NCBI GenBank assembly: GCA_963796955.1
Contig: CAWCNJ010000006.1
Coordinates: forward strand, 102,691-166,690
From: Endomicrobiales bacterium
Lineage (GTDB): Bacteria > Elusimicrobiota > Endomicrobiia > Endomicrobiales > JALOBY01
Length of the DNA stretch: 64,000 bases
Direction of reading: 5' to 3'
Below the pieces are notes generated by a model, which saw nothing but the letters and a program-made list of their open reading frames with translations, searched no databases and was not told the origin of the DNA. The translations under genes were made by a program, and so were the position numbers. Of the stretch, positions 33,201 through 36,200 are shown one piece after another; position 1 is the stretch's first letter, and every line of letters begins with the position of its first letter.

Positions 33201-36200
33201 ATACTACGAACCAAATGACGCTGACGTTTAACTGGAATATATCGATGGACAATCTGTCCGGCGTGAACGGCTATACGCTGCAGCTTTCAACGGCTCCCGA
33301 TTTCACCGGCGTGACGTATTCGTCGATAACAGCGAACAATTCAGCCGTAATGGCGTTGACAACGAACAAATGGTATTGGACGGTGCGTTCGCAAGACAAT
33401 GCGGCGAACTATTCAGCGTGGGCTTCAACGTGGTCGGTGGTCGTGGACACGATAGCGCCGACAATGCCGATACTAACGACGCCGCTGGACAACTTCACCA
33501 CGAACCAGATGACACTGGCGTTTAACTGGGGAAGCGCGACGGACAACCTTTCCGGTGTGTCCGGCTATACGCTGAGGTTGTCGACAGCAGCCGATTTCAG
33601 TGGGGTGATAATGTTGTCGGTAACCGATAACACCGCTGCCACAATGAACCTGACTTCTAACAAATGGTACTGGACGGTCCGTTCAGGCGACAACGCGGGC
33701 AACTACAGCACGTGGGCATCCACGTATTCTCTGGTGGTGGACACGGTAGCATCAACCGTGCCGCTGCTGCTTTCGCCGTTGGATAACTTTGCGACGAACC
33801 AAATGACGCTGTCGTTCAGCTGGAGCAGCGCAACGGACAATTTAACGGGTGTGAATGATTATACGGTGCAGTTGTCTACAGCGGCGGATTTCACCGGTGT
33901 AACCTATTCTTCAATCACAGCGAACACGGCAGCTCAAATGGCGCTGACCTCCGACCGGTGGTACTGGACAGTACGCTCACTGGACAACGCGGCCAACTAT
34001 TCAGCCTGGGCCTCGACATGGTCGCTGGTAATAGACACAACACCGCCAACGGTGCCTATCCTTACCAACCCGCTGGATGGTTCGACAACCAACCAGACGG
34101 TTTTAACGTTTAACTGGGGTGCCTCGACGGATGACATAACAGGCCTTGCCGGCTACACCCTGCGGTTATCAACAGCGCCTGATTTCAGTGGGGTGATATA
34201 TTCGTCAGTTACCGGAAACACCGCAGCAAGAATGACTATTCAGAGCTCCGACAAATGGTATTGGTCGGTGCGGTCAGTTGATAATGCTGAGAACTATTCA
34301 GCGTGGACGAGCACGTGGTCGGTGGTGGTAGACACGCGTGCGCCGACCGTGCCGCTGCTGCTTTCACCATTGGACAACTTCACCACAAACCAGATGACAC
34401 TGGCGTTCAATTGGCAGGGCTCAACGGACACGGTTTCAGGTATTACGAACTATACGCTGCGGTTATCGACGGCCCCCGACTTCAGTGGTACGACGTATAG
34501 CTCAACAACGGCCATCACCGCAGCCATCATGAACTTAACGACTAACAAATGGTACTGGTCGGTACGCGCCTTAAATAATTCGGGCAACTATTCCAACTGG
34601 TCGTCAACATGGGCGGTGATTATGGATACTGTAGTGCCGAGCGTGCCGATATTGACCTCGCCGCTGAATAATTTCACAACGAACCAAATGACGCTGGCGT
34701 TCAACTGGAACAGCGCGACCGACAATCTGACAGGTGTGAACGATTACACACTGCGGCTTTCTACCGCGCCAGATTTCACTGGTGTAACATATTCATCAAT
34801 AACAGCGAACACCGCAGCCCAGATGGCAATGACCTCCGGCCGGTGGTACTGGACGGTGCGTTCGCTGGATAACGCGGCTAACTACAGCGCCTGGGCATCT
34901 ACGTATACGCTGGTGGTGGACACAACACCTCCGACGGTGCCGGCCCTCACTGGCCCTCTGGATGGCTCAACGACCAACCAGACTATGGTAACATTCGGCT
35001 GGAATTCTTCAACAGATGACTTAACCGGTGTGGCATGCTATACCTTGCGATTCTCGACAGCGCCTGACTTTAGCGGGGCGATATATTCATCAGCCACGAC
35101 AAATACTATTGCTGCAATGACAATACCTGCTTGTGCAAAGTGGTACTGGACAGTGCGTTCCAGTGACAATGCCGGGAATTATTCGGCGTGGGCTAGTACG
35201 TGGACGGTACTCGTCGATACACGTGCCCCGACCGTGCCGCTGCTGCTGTCGCCGCTGGACAATTACACCACGAACCAGATGGCGCTGACGTTCAGCTGGC
35301 AGGGCTCAACGGATACGCTTTCGGGTGTTGCGGATTATACGCTGCGAATATCTACCGCGCTGGATTTTAGCGGTACAGTATACAGTTCAACAACGGGCAA
35401 TACTCTGGCCGGCATGACACAGGTTTCAAACAAATGGTATTGGTCGGTGCGTGCCGCAAACAATTCCGGTAACTACAGCGCCTGGTCGTCAACGTGGTCG
35501 GTAGTGATCGATTCCACGCCATCAAGCGTACCGGTGCTGACGGCGCCGTTGGATAATTATACAACGAATCAAATAACGCTGGCGTTCAGCTGGAACAGTG
35601 CGACCGACAATATATCCGGCGTGTCCGGTTATACGCTACGGTTATCTACTGCCTCAGATCTCAGCGGGGTGGTGTATTCATCGGTGACGGCAAACAATGC
35701 GGCTGTCATGATGTTGTCGACGAACAGATGGTACTGGACGGTGCGCTCGGTGGACAATGCAGCGAACTATTCTGCCTGGGCGTCAACGTGGTCGGTGATC
35801 ATTGACACCGTTGTGCCTAACGCGCTGAACGACCTTGCAGCCGCCCCGGGTTTTGCGCTGGGCAGCATAGCTCTGCACTGGACTTCGCCGGGTGATGACG
35901 GCCCAAGCGGCGCTATTATCGGTGGTTACTACAAAGTGCGGTATTCTACGTATACCACCGCCTCGGGAGCTTTCTGGACGGATGCGGCGGCGAACTGGGT
36001 GGACCCGGTCAACAAATATCAGATAACGATCGCAACTAATACGAATGTCGGCGATACACAATCGTACACCTTGAGCGGTTTAACGCAGGGCGTTACCTAT
36101 TATATTCGTGCCTGGACGCGAGACGAAGTTGGCGTTGACAGCACGACTTGGACCGGCAATTGGTCGGCGTTGTCGAACGGGGCGACATGCTGGGCGGCCT

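Noticed and set aside
31984-35811. CRISPR array or diversity-generating retroelement as an explanation for the regular repeats
   Set aside because: The units are contiguous with no spacers, lie in one long open frame and encode a conserved protein module. No cas genes and no reverse transcriptase occur in the window. Differences between near-identical tracts are not adenine-specific.
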